Positions 11,878 through 24,882 of a DNA stretch of 64,000 nucleotides are shown piece by piece. How positions within the stretch are numbered: the stretch's first letter is position 1; each line of letters opens with the position of its first letter. Under the pieces are notes generated by a model, which made no database searches, was not told the origin of the DNA, and worked only from the letters and a program-made list of their open reading frames with translations. The stretch spans positions 38,254,001-38,318,000 of the forward strand of contig OX597834.1 of the NCBI GenBank assembly GCA_951406725.2, read 5' to 3'. This DNA comes from Octopus vulgaris. Taxonomy: Eukaryota. The position numbers and the translations under genes were made by a program.

Positions 11878-12589
11878 TTTGAAGTAAATGGAAAAACAAT
11901 TACAGTACTAAAAGATAGAAAGATTTTCTCTCTCTCACACACACAGAATTGTTTGTATTCTAAACAGATCTATAGTAAAGTGTTTAGTGACACATATGTG
12001 TATGATGAAAGAATGGAGATATTATTTAATTCTCACAAATAACCACAGGAAAGAAGTGGAGGAGGTATTCCCTTATACATCTATTGGTGAAGGAATGAAG
12101 TATTATATGCTTCTGTAGATGAGATAAAGTCAAAGGCTTGACCATCATCAATGGATCATCTCTTTTGGTGACAGGGCGCCAATACAGACCTGTCAAGGTA
12201 CCCAATCAGGGGAATAAAGATTTATGATGTTCAGATCTTTCCCAAGTGAAAAGAAATTGGCCAATATGCCAGTTTTGCACAGTGGGATTCATTAGCCACC
12301 AAAACTTTTGTAGAAGATCTGCAATTAGTGCTGGATCTGACCAATATGCATTCTGAACTTCATAAAAGAAAAACTACTAATTGCTCAAGTCTGCAAGGAT
12401 ACGCAATAATAATAATGATGCCAAATTTTGCAAGCTGAGGTTTGTGTGGCTCTCCCACGGAGAAGTTTCAATCACATGCTGGAAATGAATCATGAGAGTT
12501 TTTGAAACAAGTCACGAGTTTCTGGAACAAAAGTGGAACCCATCATACCACACCTAATGGTATGAAAATTATTACTATGCAAAGCTGGC

Positions 12590-13085
12590 CTATCGGCCAG
12601 TTTCTTTTCCTGTTTGAATAATATGCGCGACGTCAGTATGTAAACCGCGATGACAATATCCGCGCAACTACTCACAAACTAAATTTTATTTAACGAAAAG
12701 GTTTCAGCTCCGGGTCAAAAAACAAATAGCATACAAATACATACACATATAAATATATGCACACACACATTCATATCGGTCCCTATTAAGTTTCGCTGTG
12801 AAATTGGACCCACGGGGGTCTTTCCGACAGGTTTGTATAAGGATCGAACACACCAGTTTTATTTATTATCTGTTCGCCGGGATTCACTCGCCGCTTTGCA
12901 CCAAGCTGCCAGAAATAGTATAGTCCAAATCAGAAGGGTCTATAAGAAGGCTATGAGTAACTGCTTTCTTCCTTGGATAAACACAAGTTAACGCACACAC
13001 AAACCATGTGGATGTTGTGAAAAGACCATACACAGACGTGAAGCCGGTAAAAAAAATAATAAACACTTAACGTGCGCATGGGTAC
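12590..13085 (-). promoter_or_regulatory. CpG-retaining unique patch; candidate promoter / non-coding first exon
   Basis: Sharp local rise in CpG relative to 1-12500; GACGTCA (CRE-like) near 12629; TGCGCATG (NRF1-like) near 13073; minus-strand donor-like TTT|GTGAGT near 12675. Inference only. Confidence 0.3.
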
Positions 13086-14890
13086 AATAAATAAAAAAGA
13101 ATTCAAATATTTATAGAAATTAAACGTAGAGATGTACCTGAGTATATAAGAAAAGCCATTATTTAATAGACATCTATCACATTACCGCTATTATCGTAAC
13201 AGTTTGTTTTTTTTCATATATGTAATGCGGATTTATAAATATATGCACTAAAAGCATGGCGAAAAAGTGATTCGATAATCAAAAAAATTTTTATATTTCG
13301 TATTTTTTAAGTGACTTCTCGCAGAAGAATATAATTTATTTGGTAAAGGAAAAAAAGAAATAGTAAGAATTTTTTCTTTTTTAATTATTTGAATAAAGAA
13401 AAAAAATACAAATCCGATGAAATAACAAAAGAAATAGTCGGAGAGCAGACAATGAGTAAGATGGAATAAGGGTGTAAAAGTGAACGGCGGGAAAGAGAAA
13501 TGAACGAGAGAGAAAGATCTAGTAGTATGTAAACAGAGAGAGAAAGAGAGGGATAAGCAGACTGAATCAACGTGGGGGGAGGGGAGCTGAGAAGGAGGGA
13601 CAAAGAATTAAACAAGCGAGTGAAGGAAAGTAAGAGTTGTTAGAGGCAGCAAGCAATGTATGTATATAGATGCAAGAAATGTATATACGTGTGTGTGTGT
13701 GTGAATATAAGATTATGTGTATGTAAAACTATGAAACTGGGTCAGTGTGTCTGGCGCATGCATAATGTACTTGTGGGTTGAAGTCGTGTGTAATTTGTTG
13801 CACAAATACTGTCTTCCAATCAATACAGAGCTCAGAAGGCCAATAGGAAAACAGGCTATTTGATTTTAAACTATTAATTTGTTCTCTCTCTCCTTCCCTC
13901 TCTCTCTCTCTCTCTGTCTATCTTACTCCGTAAACCGATCCTTATTTCATTCTTCTCACTCTTTATTAGGTTATGATGCCCCACCCATGTTCCCCACCCA
14001 CTTCCCACACCTCTTCCTATAAAAACATTCAAATTTGACTCACATTCAAGCATATAAATAATAATTTTACTCTAAAATATAAACCTGTATATCTGAATTT
14101 TTCTGGAGTCTTATTGTTTTTAACTATTTTATCTATTTATTATTATGATTAACATTTTATCATTATCATTATTATTATTATGAGTGTGTGTGCGAGACAA
14201 TCTTCTATAGAAAATATATAGCAAAACCAATGATTAAGACACAACGTATGTATAAACTGGGTGCACAGTCGGAAATTCGGTATGTGTATATGTGTTGGGG
14301 AAGAGGGTAACAGTCGATTACTTCGGAACCAGTTCTGGTACTTTATTTTATCGATCCTGAAAGAATGAAAGGTAAAGTTGACCGCCGCGAGATAGGAACA
14401 CACAATGTAAGGAACCAGAACAAATTTCGCATATTTTCCCCGACGTTGTCATTCTGCTACTCCACCGAGTGCGTGAGCTTACATACATTTACCTATATAT
14501 ACACACACACAAACGCGAGGCCCAACAAAGTGTGTGTGTGTGTATACACATACGTATATATGCATATATAATATACATATCTATAAATATACATATATGA
14601 AAATATATATCAATATACATTTATAGATATATATCAATACATACATACATAAACACAGACATACATGCATTAACATATATATATATTCATGTATGTATGT
14701 ATTTTTACATAGATATGCATGTATTCATATATGAAAATATACATATATCAACATAATCAAACATCATATGAGCACAAATATATACATTTATATAAATACA
14801 CACACATATATATATACAAAATAGTATATCATATATATATAAAATCAAATACACACACACATAAACAAAGATGCCTATGTGTGTTTGTGT

Positions 14891-14922
<32 letters not shown>

Positions 14923-16204
14923 AATTAAATACATACACACATATATATTTCTGTACATATGTATATGTGTGTGTGAGCATGTTTGTATATGTATGTATAC
15001 GAAATAAAATGCCTCTTCTGTGGTTTTTTACTTTTACCGGCCTCTATTTTAGACTTTTTCTGTTTATACATCAACATGTAAAAACTTTTTCTTTTTTTTC
15101 CGTTTTGTGAACATAAAAACATTGCAAATGAGAGGTGCCAGCAGCTCAGCTATATTTCTTTCCACATTTTAATATAACCTGTCCTGTGTTTATTGAATTC
15201 TGCCAAATGATTTATTTGAATTATCTTTGTCTATCACTTTTGACGACCACAACTCGATAAAGGTGTAATTACCAGTGAGAATTCTATTTAAAAGCACTGG
15301 ACTTGCAGTATTTACTTACAGAGTACTACTATGTCTGTTCAACCCAGTCATAATCAACAATGTATCATTTTTTTCAGGTTCAATGAAATAAACTATCAGT
15401 CAATGACTGGGGGGTTCATGTAATCAACTACCCACATCTGTAAAAATTGATGGCTTTTAGCCTAAATTTAAAAAAAAAAATATACTGTAGTTGTTATTTT
15501 AGTGACGGCTAAGTCAATTATATCAACCTCACGGGTTGCCTAGCACTTTATTTTACCAACCCCAGAAGGATGAAAGGCAGAAGGTAAAAATACATGCTAT
15601 AAGGCATCTTGTCTTATGCTCTAACAAATATGCCAATAATAATCTAGAGGGATGGGGCTAGTTGGTTCCATCAGCCCCAGGACTTGACAGGTACTAATTT
15701 TATTGACCCTACTTCAAATTTTGGCACAAGCTCAGCAATTTTAAGAGTGGTGTTCTTAAACCTGTATGTGTACTTGCAATGTGGGATTCATTGCGTTTAT
15801 TACATGTGATTTTACAAAACACATAGGACCACAGAGGTATATTTTCATTATTGGTTGGGCAGTTAAGCAAAGTGCATATGATGTTGTTTTATGTTGATCC
15901 ATTTTTAGTTAGGAACCTCCTCAGGGAAGATCTGGAGTGAACCAGTCTTACACATAAATCCCTTCCTACAAATCACCCAGCAGGTTACATGTAGCAGTTT
16001 CAAAACCTACATTATCCATGGATAAGTGGGTCTTGTAAGGTGGTCTAGTGATGTCTTGGCATGTAATAAAATAGTACTGATAGCCATTCACCTTGGAAAT
16101 GTGCGGTGCACATTTTCTTGTCATCTACTTCATTGCATTTACTGCACATCCTGTGGATCTCATAGATAGGGATGAATTATAATGTACAAACAGGCCCCTA
16201 CATG

Positions 16205-16950
16205 CTGCTTTCTGTGTGCATATGTATGTATATGTTATATATGTATACATATGCCTGTGTATATACATGCATATGTACATACATATGCATGTGTGTATAT
16301 ACATGCATATGTGTATATGTTATATATGTATACATATGCATGTGTATATACATGCATATGTACATACATATGCATGTGTGTATATACATGCATATGTATA
16401 TACTACATATATACGTATATATATGTGTGTGTGTATATATGTATAAATATATATGTACATATATGTATATATATATCTATATATGCATATATAAATATAT
16501 ATATATATGCATATATATATAAATATATATGTATATATATAAATATATGCATATATATAAATATATATGTATATATATATATATGCATATACATAAATAT
16601 ATATGTATATATATATATATGTATATATGCATATATATGTATATATGCATATATATGTATATATATGTATATATGCATATATATGTATAAATGCATATAT
16701 ATATACATATACACACATATATGTACATATATATGTATATGCATATATATATATATATATATACACACACATATACACAAACACATTTATATATACACAC
16801 ATGTATATGTATATATATATATATATATATACACACACATATGTATATATACATATATGTATGCATATATTCATGAATGTGATTACATATATGTGTGTCA
16901 TATATCTATATACACACATGTATCTGTGCATGTGCGTGTGCGTGTGTTTT
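16205..16950. repeat. Compound (TA/TG/CA) microsatellite with a higher-order tandem unit in its 5' part
   Basis: Alternating purine-pyrimidine tract; GTATATACATGCATATGTACATACATATGCATGTGT-type unit repeated at about 16235-16400. Confidence 0.9.
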
Positions 16951-18455
16951 ATATTCAGATATAAAGATATGTTAAGAAGGTTGCCTTGCAACAACATGGC
17001 TGCAGGTTAACTTGAGAAAGTACTCTAGTATAGTCCCAGGCAGACCAAAGCCTGTAAGTAAACCTGGTTATGGGAAACTTCACAGCAACTACTCATGTAT
17101 GTGTGTGTGTGTGTGTGTGTGCGTGTTTGTACATGTGCTAGTGTTTGTGTTCCTCTATTCCTGACAACCAGTGTTGGTTTGTTTGTGTCCTTCATAGACA
17201 AGCAATTTGACACAATGAAGCTGGCAGAATAAGTATCTGACAGACACTTGACAATAAGTTGTGGGGGTCAATATGATCAATATGGTTGATCATATATTTG
17301 AAGGTGCCTCAACTTGGCTGCACTTACAGAAGAGAAAATACACACACACACACACACACACACAGGTATGTACAATATGTAGAAAGAAAAGTAAAATTTC
17401 ACATAGTATTTATTTCACTAAATAAATAGGAGTCTGTGAGGGAATGGTTAATAAATATCAGGGAATTGAGTGGATGACAGGGTGATGCTACAGCTAAATG
17501 TTTGCAGAGGGGGGGACATGATACAGAGAGTGAGCAAAGTAGCAGCCAAGGTGGAGTACTGCGAATAAAAGAGAAGGGTGGAGAAAGACTGATAGTTTGG
17601 AGAACACCAAGATGAAGGGTGGGGTGGGGGTGAGGGGAAAGAATCGTGTTGGGGGTGGGGGTGGAAAAGAGAGAGAGAGAGAGGTTGTGTGTATGTGTGA
17701 TGTTGTTGCTGCTATTTCAGTAGTATCATGGCACATACATGGCATGGAGATGAATGGGGAGGAGGAGGCTGAAGCAGACATGAGTGAGGTGTGGCAGGGG
17801 ACATAGACAGACAGACAGACAGTGTGTGTGTGTGGTGTGCCAGCCAATAATGTGGGTTAATATATGACACCATAACCAGTCAATGACTCATAGTTATATG
17901 TACAATAACAACAACTGCTATTTCTTTACTATAACATTAAAACAACATCAACAGCACAAATACAAAAGAACAAAACCCGGCGTTGAGGTGTCAATGTATA
18001 TAATATTTATTCAGCATTACATATATATTATGCATATATTTTATATATACTGAACAAACATTACATATATATATACACTACAGAAAACTTTTATAAATAT
18101 GTGTTTATATATGTGTTTATATAAAAAAAACATATTATCTAAATACAATTTTATACATCTATAGATATATCTTATACATATATACATTTTTCATTGATAG
18201 ATATAAGGATATGTTATAAATATAACATGGAGAGACATATCACATCTACAGACTATCAATGCTATAAATGTATGTATAATATAAAGGCTATACACAAAAT
18301 AAGTTTATATCAAAAATATACATTGTATGTTATATATATATGTACATATAAAATGATATATAATGCATTTATATAAAATGTATATGTAATGTGTGCATGA
18401 ACGTGTGTAAATTTATCGCTTGGCAGTAAAGAATGTGTAAACTGTGGGCACAAAT

Positions 18456-18493
<38 letters not shown>

Positions 18494-18710
18494 TACATAT
18501 AAATAATGCATAATCTACAAAATAGGTATGTAATAAAAATATAATATATATAATATAGCTGATATATTATATATACAATGTGTTTATATATATATATATA
18601 CAGACACACACACACACACACAAATATAGACACTCAAACACATATACATATATAAATATATACATATACATATATGAATACATATATGTACATATACATA
18701 TATAGGGAGA

Positions 18711-19947
18711 CAGAGGTTAGACAAAATAATGGAGACACCATCATAATTTTGAAATATCTATACAACCATCAAAAGCTTGTTTATTTTTATGTTTTTTATT
18801 TATTATTAGTATTGCTTAATATCTTTGGCTAAAATTGCTATTTCTTTTGAGATATCATCAGAAAAATGTAATTAAAATTGATTAAAATGACAGATCTATC
18901 AGACTTTAAAAGAGGTCAAATTATTTATGTTCATATGGCAGGTGCTAACGTAACAAAAACAGTCGAAATGTTTGGTGTATTAAGAAGTACTGTCTCAAAA
19001 GTAATAACAGCCTTTGAGAAAGAGAGAAAAACTCCGGAAGAAAACCAAAACTTTCAGATAGGGAGCATCAGACTCTTACACGAATTGTTAGAAAAGGTCA
19101 GAAAAGTAGACCTCTCAAAATTACTGCAGAGCTTAATGACCACCTCAAGAACCCAGTTTCCTCAAAAACTGTCTGCCAGGAGCTACACAAAGCCAGATTT
19201 CACGGGAGTGCTGCAATCAGAAAATCACTACTTTCAAAAACAAACATTGCAAAGCATTTGGGGTGGAGTAAAAACCTACAGAATTGGTCCCTAGAGCAAT
19301 GGAAGAATGTTATTTTCTCGGACAAGTCATCCTTTACTTATTTCTGACCACCGGCCGAGTATATGTGTGGAGACAGCCAAAAGAAGCATTTGACCCAGAC
19401 TGCTTTCTTCCAACTGTTAAACACAGAGGAAGATTTGTGATGATCTGGCGAGCTATATCTTGGAAATCCACTGGCCCAATGGTTTCCCTTCATGGCAGAA
19501 TTTAATAGTGAAGACTATTTAAGCATTTTATCAAATTCATCCTATGTTTGCGGAACTGTTTCCGGAGGGAAATGGAATCTTTCACGATGATAATGCACCA
19601 ATTCACGCAGCTAAAGTTGTTACTGAATGGCACGAGGAACATTCTAGTGAAGTTGAACATCTTATCTGGCCACCACAGTCCTGAGATCTCAATATTTTTG
19701 AATATTTATGGTGAATTTTAGAAAAACAATTAAGTAGTTGATATCCTCCGCCATCATCACTACAAGAACTGGAGATTGTTTTAGCTGAAGAATGGACAAA
19801 AATTCCTTTGGAAACAATTCAAACTTTGCATGACTCCATAGCTCATAGAATTCAAGCTGTAATTACTAACCAAAGTCGGTCATACCCCATATTAAAATAA
19901 ATTTCTTTGAAATCTTAAAGTGTTTCCATTATTTTGTCCAACCCCTG
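18711..19947 (+). mobile_element. Tc1-like DNA transposon, near full length (about 1.24 kb), inactivated
   Basis: About 28-bp TIRs CAGAGGTTAGACAAAATAATGGAGACAC / GTGTTTCCATTATTTTGTCCAACCCCTG, TA on the right flank; internal transposase relic. Confidence 0.93.
18887..19895 (+). pseudogene. Tc1-family transposase pseudogene (DD36E spacing)
   Basis: MTDLSDFKRGQI..TKTVEMFGVLRSTVSKV (HTH), WKNVIFSDKSSF, GRVYVWRQPKEAFDPDCFLPTVKHRG..VMIW, IFHDDNAPIHAAK, WPPQS*DLNIFEYLW, ending GHTPY*; several frameshifts and stops. Confidence 0.92.
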
Positions 19948-19956
19948 TATGTACAA

Positions 19957-20003
<47 letters not shown>

Positions 20004-20056
20004 CATGCGTACATGTATAGATTTATACGTATATAAGTTCATATATATATTTGTGT

Positions 20057-20258
20057 GAAGATGCATGACTCAGTAGTTAGAGTGTCAAGCTTATGATCGT
20101 GAGGTTGTTGCCCGAATCCTGAACCGGGCGTGGAGAGAGGAGGCCGGTATGCATGGGCGACTGCTGGTCTTCCATAAACAACTTTGCCTGGACTTGTGCC
20201 TGGGAGGGTAACTTCCTAGGTGGAATCCCATGGTCAGTCATGACCGAAGGGGGTCTCA
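20057..20258 (+). mobile_element. tRNA-derived SINE (head plus body fragment)
   Basis: A-box-like TGACTCAGTAGTTAGAG and B-box-like CCGAATCC; head is similar to 39015-39240 and 55015-55222(-). Confidence 0.6.
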
Positions 20259-20261
20259 GCA

Positions 20262-20317
<56 letters not shown>

Positions 20318-20324
20318 TATATAT

Positions 20325-20525
20325 ATCTATATATATAAAACTGAGAATGTATGTATGTCTGCTTGTGTGAATCCCTAAAACTTGGGAACTACACAACCAA
20401 TTTCATTCAAATTTTATACATACCTTACTTAGGGTCCATGTAGTGTCATGGGCAAAAAAAAGTTTTACCTTCTTCCCTAGGGTTAGCCCACAGTAATATC
20501 ATATATTCTCCATTATTTCAGTATT
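20325..20525 (+). mobile_element. Helitron-like 5' segment
   Basis: TCTATATATATAAAACTGAGAATGT.. start parallels the 11500 element; a degenerate AACACCGGG..CTAAT end may lie near 21015-21035. Confidence 0.45.
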
Positions 20526-20627
20526 ACGTATATATATATATATATATATACATATATACATTAACATATACATATATATGAATATATATATATACACAAT
20601 TACATATGAATATATAGATACATAAAC

Positions 20628-20658
<31 letters not shown>

Positions 20659-20834
20659 CATACATATGTATATATACATATATATATATACATACATACA
20701 CACATATATACACACATATATCTATACATATTGACACACACACATATATATATATGTAGGTATATATGTATATCTATATACATATAGATACATAAGCACA
20801 GATAAATAAACACACACACACACATATATGTATG

Positions 20835-20885
<51 letters not shown>

Positions 20886-21305
20886 ATATACACACACACA
20901 TATATATATATATAACTATACATGTGTATACGTACACATACAGACACAGAGAATTTTTCATCACAAATACGTTATCGGGCTCAATCCCTTTCGATGACAC
21001 CTAGCCTGTGAAATATAACACCGGGCTGACTAATTCCTGTTGTGTGTAACACACAAACACCACATGCACACCTGTATATGTGTGTGGTTGTGTGCATGAG
21101 AGTACGTATATGTTTGTGTTTCCTTCAGTAGATGTCGCATGACAATGTTTCGTAAGATGTAATAGTTGCTGACAGTGAACGACATCCAACCACAAAAAAA
21201 AAAACTTCAACAAGTACATAGCACAACAATGGGGATATACTTTAATCCACAAACATTATGTACATTACACTCGCACACACATGCAGATATATATATATGT
21301 ATGTA

Positions 21306-21402
21306 CAGTAATCCCTCGACTATTATGTTATGTTCAGAAATCCGCTGCAAATATCCACAAAGTAGAACCAGTGCTATATTTGTTTCCATTATTTCTATAA
21401 TT

Positions 21403-21464
<62 letters not shown>

Positions 21465-21560
21465 ATCATTATACATGCAAAAACAACACCATGGAGAAAA
21501 AGACATAAGCTGAAATAATAAACCATGATATGTGAACCACTATGTGGGGGTGAATTACTG
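21306..21560. mobile_element. Tigger/pogo-like MITE with internal (TA)n
   Basis: TA|CAGTAATCCCTCG ... GGTGAATTACTG|TA: TIRs with TA target duplication. Confidence 0.7.
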
Positions 21561-21814
21561 TATTACATACATAAGTGTATATGTATATATAAAATATATA
21601 TATATATCAATATATGTAATATAGAAAGAGAGAACCCATACGATACAATGCTTCGAGGGTATCACAAAAGGCTTTTTCCGATACCCAACCTTCCGAGTTC
21701 TTTCAGAGGGCTTAGAAACACTGAGAATACATTGAATAAATCAGAATTAGCTGATTCTCCTATATTTTCTTTTCCCAAAGCCAGGGAATTTTCTGCGATC
21801 ATCTTGCGTATATA

Positions 21815-21815
21815 A

Positions 21816-21878
<63 letters not shown>

Positions 21879-22285
21879 CATGCTATATATATATGCATGC
21901 TATATATATATATATACAATAAATATATATATATGCAATAAATATATATACATGTACTATATATATATGCTATATATATATGTTATATATATATATGCAA
22001 TAATTATATATATATATATGTTATATATATGCAATAAATATATATATGTGTTATATATATATGCAATAAATATATATATATATATATGTTATATATATGC
22101 AATAAATATGTATATATGTTATATATATATATACATACACACATATTAGCTATATCATATAAAAATAAATATATATAGATATATCATATATATACACATA
22201 CACACATATATATATATAATATATATATTACATATATATTTATAGATATATGGTATATACATTATATATAGATATTCTATATAAA

Positions 22286-22317
<32 letters not shown>

Positions 22318-22430
22318 TACATACATATATTATATATACTTTATATTATGTATATATTATATATATTATATTATACATATATATCGTATATGTACGTGTA
22401 TCATAATTTTAATATATATGTATTATATAT
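21815..22430. repeat. (TA)n-rich tract with ATATGCAATAAATAT-type tandem units
   Basis: Directly visible. Confidence 0.9.
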
Positions 22431-22751
22431 ACCTTTTTCTTTTTTAGCTTCAACTCAGACCTTTGGCAGTGCTGGGGTTCCTTACTTTTTGCTACACTGT
22501 TATTACTGAGAGTCTCTACTAATATGTGGCATTTGGTGAATAAGGGAGTTTGATGTCGCTACCCTCATTTGCACCTCTTGCTAGAATGTAGGTTCATCTG
22601 GGACTTTCAACAGGATGAAGTCCAATTTTGATTCGAAAATACCTACATCCAGTTTGCATACACCAAACATTTCGAACCGTCCAACCCATGCTAGCACGGA
22701 AAACGGACGTTAAACGATGATGATGACACATATGCAATATATATCTGTGTG

Positions 22752-22821
<70 letters not shown>

Positions 22822-22900
22822 ATGTATGTGTAGATGTATATACATATATATATATATTCAATATGTATGTGTAGATGTGTATACAACAAATATTTAAACG

Positions 22901-22934
<34 letters not shown>

Positions 22935-22960
22935 ATATATATATATACATATATATATAT

Positions 22961-23038
<78 letters not shown>

Positions 23039-23151
23039 GTATGTATATATATGCGTAGATATATATATACACACACACGCAATATGCACGCATATTATGG
23101 AATGATATTATGTGTAACTGAAGTATCAGTCACAACATGCGATTATGCATC

Positions 23152-23463
23152 TATAAAAGAAATAGAAAACTCATCCGACTACAAAGAGTTGGAAACAGAG
23201 GTAAACTAGACGTGGGGAACAAACATCAGAAGTGATCCTTATAATAATAGCTTTAAAAAAACAATAAATACAAGATTCAGGTATGTACATAACCCAAAAC
23301 CCCAGGAATTACAAACGTACACAAAATACAGGAAATAGCGCTACTATATACTCTATGCATTATGTAGAGCACTTTCAATACAATAGAACATACAAAGCCG
23401 AAACACTGCACGTATCCAAGACCCATAGAGCTGCGCTCAGTTGTTTTGCGAAAGCACATAATA
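23152..23463 (+). mobile_element. 3' remnant of a non-LTR retrotransposon with restriction-like endonuclease (R4/Dong/NeSL-type)
   Basis: Translates to [21 protein letters not shown] and TPGITNVHKIQEIALLYT, matching the KE.EK..KY.DL..E...W and PG......IQK.ALL.T C-terminal pattern of RLE-type LINEs; followed by a 3' UTR ending in AATAAAA. Confidence 0.7.
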
Positions 23464-23843
23464 AAACTTAAGACTATGGAAGAATATAACTATAATGAGA
23501 ATAACAAACCAAAATAACATCTGAAGAATTTGCATTGGAGGGTGAAGGAAAGTTTTAAACAATTTCTATAAATATTATATAATTAAATACACAAATTGAC
23601 AGTGCAGTGTGTGTGTGTAGGTTTGGTATAATTAATGCTACTGCTAACCAAGATCTGGTTGTGAAGATATATCGTGGTGTGAGGTTGGCAAGGGAAGGTA
23701 AGATGCCTAGACTGGTAGACGGGTATTGATTTTTGTTACACAATTCTGACAGACAGCATCAGTTCAACGCTCAGACAAACAAATTCACTGTATGCGTGTG
23801 TTGTATGCACGGTGTGTGTGGCGGCAGAAGACTGTACATTTAA

Positions 23844-23891
<48 letters not shown>

Positions 23892-24778
23892 GAGAGAGTG
23901 AGAGAGAGAGATCCGTGTGTGTGTGTGTATGTGTGAGATAGACAAAATTGTGTGCAAGTGACGGTGATGGAGCCTGTATGAGAAGAGATTGTATATATGT
24001 GTGAGTGCGGTGGTGCATGTGGGCGTGTATGAGAGAAGTAAAAGATTGTGTACACCAGAGTATGATGTGTGTGAGTGTGTGAAAAAAGAGGGGTCTAAAA
24101 TTGTGTGTATCGGAGAGTTTAACAGAAAGAGACTGTAAAAGAGAAGTAGGCATTTAGTACGAGTGTGATAGATGAGTAGAAGTGTGTGTGAGTGAGCGTG
24201 CGCACGTGCGTATGTGACTGAGCGCACGTAAATAGTGTGATGAGAAAAGCCGGCAAAAAGACGGTAGATTTTGGCCTGTTGTTTTTTTTTTTTTTTGTTT
24301 CTTTCTTACATTTTAAATGTTCGAGTTTATTTCTGATGAGGAAATGGAACTAGTGTGACCAAAGTAGAATGTTAAATATTAACGGTTTGGATAGAAAAAA
24401 GTGAAACAGATATGACAGATAACTTATTTATTGAATTTAAAAAAAAAAACTAAACTATGTTTGTAAATGTATATGCATATGTATGTATCTACAACACACA
24501 CTTACATATTTCACATTTATCTATCTATATGTGAATATGAATGAATGTACACACACACACACACTTCTTTCAGAGGAATAAGAGTGCGTATTTCCATTTT
24601 TAAGAAAGTCCTGTGTAATACTATTTATTCTTGGAATTACATTGATTTTGCTAAAATTAGAAAACTAGGGAAATATTGTCAAGGAAGGAAAGGGAAGACC
24701 CATAAGTGGTACAGAGGAACCAAATGGAATATTTATTGGGAAAGTGTTAATAAAGTGGGCGAGGGAGAGGAATGTGGC

Positions 24779-24882
24779 GGAAGTAAAGAATAGACACACC
24801 ACTCGTTTTCGGCTTTGCAAAAACCCCAACCTTAACCCTAAACCCTAAACCTAAACACCGGGTGTGCGTATTCTTTACTTTC
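24779..24882. mobile_element. Miniature inverted-repeat element containing telomere-like hexamers
   Basis: 22-bp arms GGAAGTAAAGAATAGACACACC / GGTGTGCGTATTCTTTACTTTC enclosing AACCCCAACCTTAACCCTAAACCCTAAACCTAAA; no clear TSD. Confidence 0.55.

Noticed and set aside
15745-15920. Possible further hAT MITE
   Set aside because: TIRs are degenerate and no TSD could be identified.
16172-17010. Long ORFs up to 260 aa (YI/CV/HT-rich), with similar ones at 20.5, 22, 49 and 62.6 kb
   Set aside because: Translations of stop-free dinucleotide microsatellites, open in several frames on both strands.
20057-20130. tRNA-like sequences (also 39015 and 49721)
   Set aside because: SINE heads with A/B boxes that continue into SINE bodies; no complete cloverleaf.
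21870-22130. Regularly recurring short units as a CRISPR-like array
   Set aside because: Spacers are just (TA)n; eukaryotic context; no cas genes.
23621-23697. Plus-strand AG...AAG|GTAAGA segment with one open frame
   Set aside because: Acceptor lacks a pyrimidine tract; isolated; compatible with chance.
24330-24360. CTGATGAG resembling a hammerhead core
   Set aside because: Lies in a decayed SINE B-box region with no stem II-GAAA-stem III arrangement; the CTGATGA at about 713 is likewise part of a family E repeat.
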